A DNA stretch of 64,000 nucleotides, taken from Cyanophora paradoxa CCMP329 (taxonomy: Eukaryota; Plantae; Glaucophyta). Location of the stretch: assembly GCA_004431415.1 (NCBI GenBank), contig QPMI01000560.1:310001-374000 (forward strand). The letters run 5' to 3'. Each line of letters starts with the position of its first letter. Positions within the stretch are counted from its first letter, which is position 1. Position numbers and translations under genes: made by a program. Of this stretch, positions 10,818-27,604 are shown piece after piece. The notes under the pieces are model-generated. The model did no database searches, was not told the DNA's origin, and was given only the letters and a program-made list of their open reading frames with translations.

Positions 10818-13800
10818 CTAGGACGTGAGAAGGCGCATGTATTCTTCGAAATCCTGATCCGGATCTACCGCCGCCGCCGCCGCCAGTGCCGGCGCCGCCC
10901 CGGGCCGTGCTCCCGCCCCGTAGCTCGCAAAGCCCGGCGCGTGCTCAGCCGTCGCTGCCGGTGCCGGCGCTGCTGCCGGCCAACTGCTCCACTGACCGGG
11001 CTGCTGCTGCTGCGTGGCGGCGGCAGCCGGCGGAGGGGCGGAGTAGTGATGCGCCGGCGGCGCGGTGGGGGCCGTCGCCTGGTAGGCGTCGCGAGGAGGC
11101 GCCGCAGCGTGGGCCGGCGCCGGCGCCGCGGCCGGGGGGGCATACGGCGAGGCAGGCGCCGGCAGCGAGTAGGGGGCGGCTGGCTGGGCGCAAGGAGCAG
11201 CTGGCTGGGAGTAGGAAGCAGCCGGCTGTGAGTAGGGAGCAGCCGGCTGGGAGTAGGGGGCAGCCGGCTGGGAGTAGGGGGCAGCCGGCTGGGAGTAGGG
11301 GGCAGCCGGCTGGGAGTAGGGAGCAGCCGGAGGGGCGTGGGAGGGCGCCGGCTGGGAGTAGGGAGCAGCCGGCTGCCCGTATGATGCCGCGGGAGTGGCA
11401 TAGGAGGGCGGCGGCTGGGCGTAAGACGCTGGCGGCTGGGCGTAGCCGGCCGCGGGCTGGGTGTGGTTGGCTGCTGGAGGGGGGTAGGAAGCCGCAGACT
11501 GGGTGTAGGCTGCGGGCGCCGCAGAGGTGGCCGCAGGGGCTTTGGTGGGGGTGGAGGGCGCGTTGTATGGGTAGGGAGAGTAGTGAGGCCCAGAGGCCTG
11601 CTGCGGGGGTTGCGCTGCTTGCGCCGGAGCCGGCACCGGCGCCGGGGCGGGCGCCGGCGCGTAGGCCTGACCATTGTGAGCGGCAGCGGGGCGGTGGGCG
11701 GGCGCCTGGGCGGCGTAGGAGGCCTGAGCGGGGGCGGGGGCGTAGGCGGCAGCAGTGGGCCGGGAGGCGGCCGGCGATGCGGGCGCGGGCGGGGCGGCGG
11801 CGGCGGGGCGGTGGCGGAGGCGGCGGCGAGGAAGTGGGGCGCCCCGCTCATCAGGCTCCACTCCGACGACGCCGGAGCGCCGGCCCGGAGGCGGCCACGG
11901 CCGGCGGCGGGGACGCGTACTGCCCCTGGACGGGGCCGCCGCGGCCGGCTGCCACGCGGCCGGCGCCGGCTGGGGAGCCGTCGCGGCCTGCTGGGCCCAC
12001 GGCGCGGTCGCGGCCGGGGCCGCCGGCTCGGCCTGCCACCACGTGGGAGCGGGGGCCGGCTGAGGGCGGCGGCGGGCGGCCGTAAGACGCGGCTGGTGGC
12101 GGGGCGGCGTGGGCCGGCGCGGGCGGCCTGGCGGCGTCGGCGGCCTGGAGGCGTGCGAGCTGCTGCTCCAGCTCCCGCCGATCCTGCTCCTCCCGCTCCC
12201 GCTCCTGCGGCCCCGCCCCTCAGCGCCCCGCGTGGACCGCTTGCGGCGCAGCTCAGAGAAGGGGCCGCACGATGCGCGCGGACTCCTCCAGGGCCTTCTG
12301 CAGCGCCTCCTCCTCGTCCAGGCCCTCGGGCACGTACTCCGCCGCCCGCACCGGCGCCCGCTGCTGCGGCGGGGGCGCCCCCACGCGCTTCGACTCCCTG
12401 CGGCGGCCCGTGAGAGGGGCGGGGGCGGAGGGCGGCGGGGGCCGGGGCCGGCACGCACTCCAGCGCCTTCCTGAGTTCCTCCTCCTCCTTGCGGCGCCGC
12501 TGCTCCGCCGCCTCGTCCTCCGCCCGCTGCCGCCGCCGCTCGGCGCCCGGCCCCGCGCGGGCCCGGGGGCGCGGGGCGGGCGCACGCAGATATTCTCCCA
12601 CTCGGAGGCGGAGATCCCGTCGGGCGGCGGGCGCGCCGAGGCGGAAGGCTGGCGGCCCCCGCGGCGGAGCGCACGGCGGCCGGCGGGGCGTCCTGCCGCC
12701 ACGCGTCGGGCCGCGGAGGCTGGTAGAGGCTCTGCCGCACATTGTCCTGCGCGGCCTGCGGCGGGCGGGCGGGCGGGCGGGCGGCTCGTCGGCTCCCTCC
12801 AGAGCGGAGGCGGGCACCGCAAGCACTCGCCTCCTGGATGGAGCGCTGGACTGCCTGCATGTAGGCTGCGTCGTCGTCGGCGCCCCTCTGTGCGTGCACG
12901 TGGCCCAAGTGGCGCCTGCCCCGCCCCGCTCAACCCGGGCGCCCCGCGCTCGCCGCTTGGAGCGGGGCGCGGCGCACGTCTCGCGGTCGAGCTGCTGCGC
13001 GAGCTCGCGCAGGCGGCGCTCCTTCTCCGCCTGCTCCTTGGCCGTGCGCTCCAGGCGGGCGCGCTCCTCCTCGTTCTCCCGCCGCTCCCGCGTCATGACC
13101 CACGGCTCCAGCTCCACCTCCTCCATCAGGTTCCGCGGCTTCTCCTTCTGCGCCCCCGTCAGCGCCTGCCGTGCCCGCCGTGCCGCCCCGCGCGCGCGCC
13201 TTCTTTGGCGGGGGCGCCTTGGCCGCCGCCGCCGGCTTCCTATGCCTCCCCCCGGTCAGCTGCGGCGCGGGCGTCAGCGGGGGGCGCCGCTGTGCCCTGC
13301 GGGGGGCGGCGGGGCGGGCCTCCTCTGGCGGCGCCGCGTTCTTCCGGTGCCAGACGCCGCCGGGCTCCTCTGGGGGCGGACCCGCCGGCTCCGAGGAGGA
13401 GGGGGAGGCGCCCGCGTGCTTCGAGGAGGAGGCCCCCGAGGAGGGCCCCTGGCCGGGGTCCCCGTGGTGTCCGTCCGCGGCCGGGCCCTCCTCCAGCCCC
13501 GAGGAGGCCGAGGAGGCGGCCCGCGGCGCCGGCCCCGAGAGCGTACGCAGCCCGTGCGGGTGCGGCCCCGGCCCCGGCGCACTCTGGAGCAGCTGGAAAT
13601 CTTTGTAGAACTTGTCGAACCTCTTCATCCAGTCGGTCATGGAGCGCTTGAGCGATGGCGTTTTCGCGCCCCAGTTCATCCGCATGATTTGAGCAGGCGG
13701 CATGCCGTCCCGCTGCCGCGCTTGCATGTACCTCTTGAAGCTGCGTTCGAAACCGCAAATCGCTTAGCTGCGTATACGTAGATCGCCGCAACCGCGCGGC

Positions 13801-14115
13801 GCACTCGCGGTCCGACGCGTCCTCCTCCTTGAGCTTCATCATGATATAATTGAAGGCCTAACGAGCGGAACGATGTCACGCGGCGCGCTGGCTGTCAGCG
13901 ACGCCCCAAGGAGGCACACCTTCTCGAAGTACTCCTGGAGGAGCCGATCAGTCAGATCGTGGCGGCGCCGATCAGTCAAATCGAGTGCGGCGGCGACGAA
14001 GAAGCGGGGCGCGCACATCGTCGTAAACGGTCTGGACGTAAAGGTCTCGCTCATCGGCGGTCCGGTTCGGATTAGCTTCGGCCGGCGCCTTTTGCTTCCC
14101 CTTGTTTTTCGCCAT
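10818..14115 (-). CDS. Uncharacterised low-complexity protein with UIM-like motifs and YSQPAAP heptad repeats
   Basis: ATG 14115 (MAKNKGKQK), spliced exons; EEEALQKALEESAR, EEEELRKALE, DDDAAYMQAVQRSIQE; repeat tail; ends DFEEYMRLLTS*. Confidence 0.65.
11166..11510 (-). repeat. Coding 21-bp tandem repeat (YSQPAAP and variants)
   Basis: Unit GGGAGTAGGGGGCAGCCGGCT repeated near-perfectly at about 11210-11330 and degenerating on both sides. Confidence 0.9.
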
Positions 14116-14388
14116 GCCGACTTCTATAAGACTCTAGAGAGTCCAGATGGACATGCGGATGACCGCGGAGTCGGCGCGGACTGGCCGAGCCGCACGTTCG
14201 CCCGAAAGTCGAACGAAGACGAGGAGCGCGATCCGCAGTGCAGCACTTCTTCGAGCTCCCGCGCGCTCGTGCGACGTACGCGCTTGCGCGAGTCACGGCG
14301 AGGCGGGCCGAGCAAGCTGATTCCGGTATCCCCCTGCGGCCGTCTTCGGCGTCTTAGAGCGGCGTCTCTCTTCCTCCATCTCGAAGCA

Positions 14389-16325
<1,937 letters not shown>

Positions 16326-17111
16326 TCCCATGTTATGACTCGGTTATGATGGTCGACGGAGCAAGCACTCAAGCTTTACCGTAGTACTAAGTTATTGTAC
16401 ATCTTCTAGAACTAAAACGTCGTGCGAAAGTCGCCGAGAGATCTAGAATGCGCTGGTGTCTCGCGGCCTGGCGTTCTATCGATATCCCCTAAGCCAACGA
16501 TGTTTGAAACCGGAACTTGAAACTGGAGGAATGATCAGCGTACTGAATTCTCATCTGCCGAGGTAGACCGCCGTTGATGTTGGCGGAAGCGGAATGCCGA
16601 TCGTGTGCTTGACTATGAACTAGTCAGCTGCACACCCTGGAAAGCGCTAGTTAGGTGGGGCTGCCGAGACACGTACCTGCAGCTGCACGCCATCGATCTG
16701 CACTCCTCGTGCGCCCTGCAGCATGCACGGTCACGGGGGTTCGGTGCACCTGCTCCAACGTGCCACGCCGCCGGCCGAGCGCTTCCTTCGCTTCGCTCTG
16801 CCTCGAACCGCTTCCACGGCGAGGGTGTTGCCAGGCCGCTCCGGTCGTTTCTTTGTCATTTCTACCTCCTGGCCGCTTCCTTCGCTGTGTCTGCCTCCGA
16901 CCGCTTCCTTAACAAGGTCATGCGCCCTTCCTGCGCTCCTGCTGGCGCTGGGCTTAGCCTCCAGAGCGCGCTCGTGCGCTGCGAACACTAGTCCCGCTTC
17001 GTATGGATCGGCTGCGGGGCTCGTGGGGGCTGCAGCTTTAGGCTGTCTGGTCGCTCGCCTTCCGTCTTCGATCAACTGCCGCGTACCCCGCAAATCCAAT
17101 CAACCGCAGCA

Positions 17112-17991
17112 ATGGCGTTCACGACCGCTATCGTCCCCGTTCGCGCGTCGGTGAGCGTTGATGCTCGTTCGGCCATCTGCGGCAAGCCCGTCGTGCGGGC
17201 CGCCCGCAAGGCGCAGCCGGCCTTTGAGGTCAAGGCGGAGGCGAAGCCGGTGCGCATGCGGCGCGCTTTAGGCGGCCGAAATAGAAGCTGTACCAAGAGA
17301 AAGGACGTACGGCGCACGCCGCTCGGGCTATACTCGTTATTGGGTCACTGCGCGCCCCGGCGGTTGCTCGCGGGGGCGATGGCAGCGCCGGCCCGCGTTC
17401 TGACTCTGGTTTCGATGAACGATAGGTGACTTTCTGCGCGGCTGCTGCGGCTACCACCCTCCTGGCGAGCCTCCCGGTGCAGGCGGCGGACCTGACCCCC
17501 GTTTTCGCGGCGGTCGAGGTCGGCCCGTCCACCACGAACATCGCCATCATGGTGAGTGCACCTCCTTGACAATATCCGCCCAGCGCTAGAATGAGTTTTC
17601 GGCCCGGGCGCGCGCCCCGATGCCCTTCGTCTCGCCCATGTTCCCAATCCGATACCTCTAGATCTGGTACCGGAGTTCTGACCCTGCTCTGTTTTTTCAG
17701 ATCGCCGCGAACGCTTTCGCCGCGGTCGTTGGTGCGTGAAAGCCCGCGACCGCTCGCCGCCTCGCGCCTCACGGCGCCCTGCAGGCCGCTACGGCATTGA
17801 GAAGCGCGGCGTCGGCCCCCGCTTCCCCATCGAGCTGCCCGAGTTCATGAAGGATTTCACCATGGCGGAGCTGCTCGCAGTGTACGACCAACCTTGGCCT
17901 CCCTTTTGGCTCCGACCACATTAACCTCGCGCACAGGATGTGCTTCGGCCATATTCTCGGCGTTGGTGTCATCCTCGGCCTCAGCGCGTAA
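17112..17991 (+). CDS. psaK: Photosystem I subunit K precursor (nucleus-encoded, plastid-targeted)
   Basis: MAF- transit peptide; mature part IAIM|IAANAFAAVV|GRYGIEKRGVGPRFP..ELLAV|MCFGHILGVGVILGLSA* matches cyanobacterial-type PsaK. Confidence 0.9.
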
Positions 17992-18443
17992 TTGCATTCC
18001 TGATCAACAGAGGCTCCACCGTGCTGGCTGTGCAGCTCCCTCAGCGCGGCGGGGCGGCTGTTCTTTTTGTGCAACCAGTTGCTCGCCTGTCTAGGGGCGG
18101 AGCGTGTATCAATATATGCTGAGTTTTACGTCGCATTCCTGCAGCCCTCGCAATCGGGCGTGGGATTGCCGGCGCCGTGATGGATCGTTCCATCGGAGGC
18201 GCAGGCGATCGTCGGACAGGTTTCCGAAGTTCGGCTCAGGTAGGCCCGGAGGCGTATAAGCTTGACCTCGGCTGCGGGTCGTTAGCCAGCTAAGACCCAT
18301 GTACAGCTTGTAAAATCATGGAATGAAGCCGCGCCTGAACTCGAATTCGAAGGGCAGGTAGCTACCCTGGTTGGGCCGAAACCCCGGGGTACGCCGAGAG
18401 CGCGAGCTCTCTGTGCAGCTGCGCGTGCGGTAGCTATAGACGA

Positions 18444-20905
18444 ATGTATGCGCCGGACGAGCTCGCGGCCGTCGTGGCCGGAGCGAGCTTTGAGCTGGAG
18501 ATTCCCGCCTACGAGGGAGCGCCGGCGGGCGAGGAGCGCGACTTTGCCGTCCAGGGCGAGCTGCTAGCGTTCTGGCTGCTCGTAAGGCGCAAGGCAGAGC
18601 CGCCAAAGGGGCGGATGCCGGACCTGCTCGACGCCCTCCGACGCGTCAACTTCGAAGTGCGCGTCGTTGAGTACGTGAACCCGGGCGAGATCCGCGGCTC
18701 GCTCGAAGAGAAGCCCAAGGACTGGCTCGACGCGGCCACGCTCACAGGTGCGCTCTTCTCGCCCAGTGTGAGCGCGCGGTCTTGACGGCGCCTGCGCAGC
18801 CACGAACCTGCCGCCCTCGGTTCTGGCGACCACGTCCTTTGTGCAGTTCGCACGAGGCGTTCCCTCCATGTCCGTGCCCCGCGCTGCGCCGGTGCGTCGC
18901 CATCGCGCGACTGCATCCGCCCGAACCTGACGACCGCGTCGCAGGTGGCCGCCGCAGCTGTGCCGCCAAAGCCCGGTGCGCCGGCGGCGGCCGCTCCGCC
19001 GCCGGCGATCGAGCAGCTGCCCAGCGGCGACGTGCGGGTGCACCTCAGCGCCGTCCTCTGTGCGCCCCGCTCGCCGCCCGCCGGGGAAGCCGCGCCTTCC
19101 CAACCGGCCCCGCCGCAGCCGTCAAGCCGGAGTTCCTCGGGCGCTCCGTGACGCTCGTCGTCTGCATGACGCCGCCGGCGCCCTCCGCGGCGGCCCCCGG
19201 TGCGGCGCCCCGCCCCCGGGGCGCAGCGCGCCGGCCGGCCGCCGACGAGCGCCGCGCGGGTAGGGCGGCGGGTGCAGGAGGTGATCCGGCGGATCTGTAC
19301 GGAGAGCGCGTCGGTGCCGTCGCAGCTGTCGCGGCGCTACGCGCGGCGCAACCTGCGCGTGGTGCAGCCGCTGCAGGTGCACACGGAGGGGCGGCCGGCC
19401 GGGGAGGCGGTGTACGTGCAGGCGCGGGTGCAGAACGGGCACCCGACGCTGGCCCTCCGCCTGCACGACGTCCAGCTCCACCTCGCCTCCAGCGTCGACG
19501 TCGCCCCGGCCCCCGCCGGCGCCGCCCCGCGCGCCCTCACCGCCACCATGGAGCCCGTGCGCGGTCACCCGACCCGGGCCTCGAAGTGCATCTCTCAGCG
19601 GGGCGCAGGAGGACTTCCCTCTGGAGCTGCTGCCGGGCGAGGAGCACTCGTTCGTGGCCTGCGTGGCCCCCGCCGCGGCGGCGCCCCCCGCGGAGCCCTC
19701 CGCGGGGCCGGCGGGCGAGATCATCGCGCCGCTCTCCATCGCCTACACGCCCCTCTTCGACTGCGCCGCCCACGCCGCCGCCTCCGGCCGCTCCCCGCCC
19801 GTCAACGTCTTCGCCCGCGCCTCCGCCGACCCGCCCCTCCGGCCCCTCTCCAAGTCCCACCAGGCAGGCCGCCCTCCGCCCCGGCCCCGGCCGCCGCCCG
19901 TGACCGCCGCGCGCCGCAGGTCCTCACGACGTTCCCTGTGCGGCTGCGGCCGCCGCAGGCGTCGCCCCTCGTCGTCGCCTTCGAGTGCCGCTCGCCCGTG
20001 CCCCTCCACTCCGTCTTCACCGCCTCCCTCACCGTGCGCGGTCCCCCGCCTTTAAGCTTCCCCGCCCCGCGCCCTCCGACGCCTGCGGCAGGTCACGAAC
20101 GCCTCGTCGCGGCCCGTCAACCTCTCCCTCTCCCTCGAGCCCCCGCAGGAGTTCCGGTGCCCCCCGCGCACCCTTCCGCCCTCGCCTCGGGGCTCACGCC
20201 GCGGCCCCCCGCAGGACGCACCCCTCTACCCCCGTCTCCGCGAGTGCGGCGGCCTTTCTCCCCCTCCGCGAGCTGCCGGCCCTTGGCCTGAGCCCGCGCG
20301 CGCAGCCGCGGTCGGGGCGTCGGGCCGGAGCATCTCTGAGGCAGGCCCCAGCAGCGGATCGGCCTCCCGCCTCCCCGCCCTCGCCTCCGGCCCCCCCGAG
20401 AGCGGTGCCGGCGCCCCGCGCCGTGCCCGCCGCGCGTCCGGCGATCGTGGCGTGGGGCGCGCAGGTGCGGCGCTGCGGCGCTCGGCGTCGAGCGACGCGA
20501 TCGCGGTGGGGGCGCGGCGGGGGAGCTGGGGGATGGGGCGGCAGGGCTCGCACCCGAGCCTGGGGGCGCTGGCGGGCGGCCCGGCGCACGCGGAGCACGG
20601 GGACCGCGAGGGCGAGCACTGGGGCGTCGTCTGCCTGCACCGCACCCTCGCCATCGGCGCCCTCGCGCCCCGCCAGTGCCGCCGCGTCGAGCTCCAGCTC
20701 CTCGTGCGGGCCCCGCCCCGCCCCTCCCCCTGCCCTCCCCGCTCGAGCTCCGGATAGATCTCGCGCTCACGCTCGGGCTCGGCAGGCGCTGCGCGGGGGC
20801 ACGTACGAGATCGGGCGGATGACCTTCCGGGACCGCGCCGCCCCCGCCACGAGCGACTTCCGCCTCCGCGCCCCCTGCGTCGTCGCCGTCGCCGCCTCCG
20901 CCTAG
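18444..20905 (+). CDS. TRAPP-associated Ig-fold protein (TRAPPC14/Trs65/TRAPPC13-like)
   Basis: YVQARVQN..LHDVQLHL, LELLPGEEHSFV, PVPLHSVFTASLTVTNAS, IGALAPRQCRRVELQLL|ALRGGTYEI; family assigned from motif resemblance only. Confidence 0.55.
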
Positions 20906-21388
20906 CCCCCCGCCCAGAGGAGGCGCCCGACGCCCGCCCAGTCCTCGCCCCTTGCCCTCGGCATTCTCATACACTGGGCCTAGCTATAGCCTCGCCTGTG
21001 TTATTGATTTCGATCAGCGCCTCAACGTTAACGTTGACCTTCGCCTTCGAGCGATATTTAGCGGTAGCGCCGGCGCCTGCTCTAGCGCTAGCGCTTCCAC
21101 CTCGAGCTCGAGCTCGATCCTCGGATTCGAGGTGCACCGTGCGCATGCACGCCGCGCTGCGCGTGCGCCTGCATGCGCCTGCCCACGATGCATGCGACAC
21201 CCTCCTCAGGGCCTCCTGCCCCCCGCGGGCCCGCATGCGCATGCAAGGCATGCGCATTTGAGGCACGCGCGCACGAGTTCGCATGCGCATGCGCAGCACG
21301 CCGCACAAGTTATCAAGTTTCCTGTACCCCTTCTGAGTCGAACAAAACCGGGTTGTTTCGTTCGACCGGCTCATTCAGTTCAACAGCG

Positions 21389-24179
<2,791 letters not shown>

Positions 24180-24730
24180 ATGCACCCACGCGCTCCACGC
24201 GGACGCTTTTCAGCCCCGGCCGTCCCCGGCCGCCTCGACTCCCACAGCGGGCGGCGCTCTCGACGCCCCACGCCGCCGACACAGTCGGTCCTTTCAAATA
24301 GGGCAGGTATGGGCAGTTGTACCATCTTTGTGCGATTTTGCTTTGCTCCTTGTGCCATACAACGTCGATCACAGTACGGTTGACATTTTGAATAGGCGTA
24401 GCGTTCAGGTCTATTGCAGTTCAGCTTTGCAAACACATAATGATGCATGTGCATGTGATGAATGAAAACACTTGAATATCTATCTGAACTTGCTAAACCT
24501 GCTCCCTTCGAATAAATGCTGTACCCATCTTTTCGAGGGAGTGGTTTACTGGGAGGCGGATGATCTGCTTCATCGCTGGACCGCCTGTAGCACCTCCCAC
24601 CGCAGCTTTAACCGCATACAAACGCCCCCAGCTGTCCACCCGCTCCCAGTTCTTTTCGTCGACCGAGCGCTTGCGCGGCGCTCGACCTGCAGCTGCGCGT
24701 ACGACTACACCACCGCTCTACGTGTTCGTC

Positions 24731-26499
24731 ATGTCGACTTCACAGAAGAAGCTCGCCGGCAAGGTGCGCCCGCAGCGAGGCGCGTGCTCCTCACGGAGCT
24801 GCTCTAGATCTGTCTCGCGGCGCCATTGCAACGCTGTCATAGTCGCCGCCGTGCTGAACTTGAACTCGCGCCGCAGGTCGCGCTGGTTACCGGCGCAAGC
24901 CGTGGGATTGGCAAAGGCATTGCGATCGGTCTAGCTGAGCAGGGCGCGAAAGTGTACATCACCGGCCGCACGGCCAAGACTTCCGGCTCAGCGCGTGTGC
25001 CGGTGCGTTTATGCACGCTTTCTTCGCAGCTACAATCGGCGCCGCCGCCGTGCGCTCAGCAGGCGCCGGCCGGCGTGCGCAGGGTTCGCTGGAGGAGACG
25101 GCGGAGATGGTGCAAAAGGCCGGCGGCATCGCGGTCCCGGTCTCCTGCGACCACGGCGACGGTGCGCGCGCGCGCTTATACGCGTGCTTCGAATCCCACA
25201 CAACAGCGCGTGCGACCGTCGGACGTGCGTAGACGCTCAGGTCAAGGCGCTCTTCGGTGCGCTTTGCTGCAGCTCGCGCAAAGCATCCGCCCGAAGCGCT
25301 GGCGACCGCTCATGTTCGGGCCTGGCGGCCGCCGGCGGGGGCGCAGAGCGGATCTACGCGGAGAACCCGCGACTCGACGTCCTCGTTAACAATGTTTTCA
25401 AGTGCGACGGCCTCTCAATAACCCCAGCGGCGAGGTTTCGAAGTCAAACGCGTTGCTAAGTTCACGTTCAGGTACGACGAGAAAGACTACACGGGCTCCA
25501 AGTTCTGGGACCTGGGCGTGAAGACCTTCGACGACGTCTCCCGCATCGGTGCGCGTGCGCCCGCGCATCGCCCTTGCTTCTCTCGTGCGGCCGTGCCGAT
25601 CGCCCCCGCTGCACCCCGCAGGCCTGCGGGCGCACTTCCTGGCGGCGTGTATCGCGGCGCCGAAGATGGTGCAGGAGGGGGCCGGCCTCATTGTGAACAT
25701 CTCCTCCTTCGGCGGGCTCAACCGCTACCTCTTCAACGTGCCGTGCGCCCCGCCTCCCGCCCGGCGCCCGCGCCCGGCGCCCTGGGAGCCAGGCGAGCCG
25801 GCGGGGGGCGGCAGGTACGGGCTGGGGAAGGCGGCGGTGGACAGGATGTCGCTGGACATGGCCAAGGAGCTGCGCCCGCACGGCGTCGCCTGCATGAGCA
25901 TGTGGCCCGGTCCGCCCGCGCCGCCGCCCGCTCCCGGCCCCGCCGCTGACCCTCGTGAAGGCATCGTGCGCACGGAGCGCATGGTGGCGATGATCAACGG
26001 CATGCCCGCCGATCGGAAGGCGCCCCCCCCCCCCCCCCCCCCCCCCCTTTCCCTTGCGTGCCGCGAGCTGACGCCCGCCCGCAGCCGTTCGACCTGGCGG
26101 ACAGCGAGTCGCCCCTCTTTACAGGGCGCGTCATCGCCGGTGCGCGCGGGCCGCCCCCGCTGCTCGCCGCCATGCCCGGGGCGGCCCCGGGCCGACGGCC
26201 GTGCCGCGCAGCGCTGGCGGCCGACCCGAACGTGATGAACAAGTCGGGCACGATCCAGGTAGCATGCGCCGCTTCTGGGCCCCCGCCCCTGGCCCGTCCC
26301 AGGGCGCGACGGGGCGCGGCAGGTGGTGGCGGAGGCGGCGCGGGAGTACGGCGTGAGGGACGACGACGGGAAGCAGCCGGCCTCGCTGCGCTCCCTCCAG
26401 TTCCTCGTCCCCGCGGCCGTCAGCCGGGCCATCCCCCAGTGGCTCATCCCCGACATCCGCGTCCCCTTCTGGGTCATGAACCTCCGCCTCAAGGACTAG
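24731..26499 (+). CDS. Short-chain dehydrogenase/reductase, DHRS1-like
   Basis: VALVTGASRGIGKG, LDVLVNN, IVNISS, YGLGK, SMWP|GIVRTE, ESPLFTGR. Confidence 0.92.
26023..26047. repeat. Poly-C tract (25 nt) in SDR intron
   Basis: Homopolymer directly after a GC donor. Confidence 0.9.
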
Positions 26500-26677
26500 C
26501 CCCCGCCGGCCGTCGCTCGCAGTCCTCGCGAGCGTAGCTCCGCAGCGTCGGCCCGCCCTCCGCGGCCCCGCACGCGTAGCACGTGGTCGAGCGCGCGGAT
26601 GACTCCTAGGTCTGTTGTAAACGTATTTGTACATCCAGAAGCATCATAAATTACGGGAAGCGCGACTCGGCGCTCGA

Positions 26678-27400
26678 TCACCCTCCAGAGAACGCTTTCG
26701 CTATTGCCTGCGACCGGAGGGGTCACCGGGGTCTGCGGCGCAAGAGCCGCGCCGCGGCGCGGGGGGCGCACCATCAGGTCTCGCTCGAACTTCTTCGAGG
26801 GGGTCCAGGTCTCCGGGTCTATCAAGGGGTTGGATATTGCGTCCACGTACAGGGTCTGCAGCTTCCTCAAGAACTGCGGGGCCCGTGAGGAGCCGGCGCG
26901 AGGCCGCGGGCCCGGCTGGCGCGCACCGTCTTCGCCGCGTCCTGGGCCTCCGCGTCGTCGACAACTACGAAGAACTTCATCTTGGAGTTCGATATAGAGC
27001 CATACACACGAGTGTCCTGCGCGGGCGTCCCAGGAATGCTCTTAGCTACGGCTGCGATTGCGGTGCGCGAGCCACACCTCTGACGGCAGAAGCTGCGGGC
27101 GCGTCGAGGCGGCGGAGGCAGCTCAGACATGAGCATTGAGCGGCGCGGCGGGCCGGGCTGCGTACGAGGCCCAGGTAGGAGTCCGGGACGGGAGCACCGC
27201 CGCTCTTCTTGCTTGCGCGCTCCTCCACGATGTCCAGGGACGAGTGTATCAGCAAGTAGAACCGCAACGCATCTGTAGAGTCGTCGAATACACGCAGGAA
27301 GATAGGCGCCTGGTTCTTGTTGACGATCTGCGCGGCGGCGTGAGCCGACCGGCCGGCGCGACGCCGGGAGGACGCCGTTCACCCCGGCAGCGAGTATCAT
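26678..27400 (-). CDS. TRAPPC2L: Trafficking protein particle complex subunit 2-like (sedlin family)
   Basis: IHSSLDIVEER, DSYLGL|LLPSE|DTRVYGSISNSKMKF, LYVDAISNP, SKKFE. Confidence 0.85.
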
Positions 27401-27604
27401 CGCCGCGGCGCGCTCGGATCTGGCTCCTGCTGGCCTCGCCGGCTTGTTTTTGGCAGCAGACTTGCCTGTCTGGACGGGTACCGGTCCAACGCTGCGGCTT
27501 CTTCCTCTGAACCCGCCGACCTCGAGCTCGTCGTTCAGCGATCGCAGCGATAGTTCAGAAGCGTCAGAGAGTTGAGGGGTTCGTCGCAGCCTGCATCGAC
27601 GGCC

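Noticed and set aside
11166-11510. 21-bp repeat as a CRISPR-like array
   Set aside because: No unique spacers; it is an in-frame coding repeat in a eukaryotic gene.
24440-24600. Possible C/D-box snoRNA (GTGATGA..CTGA)
   Set aside because: The boxes are only about 30 nt apart, with no terminal stem or recognisable rRNA guide.
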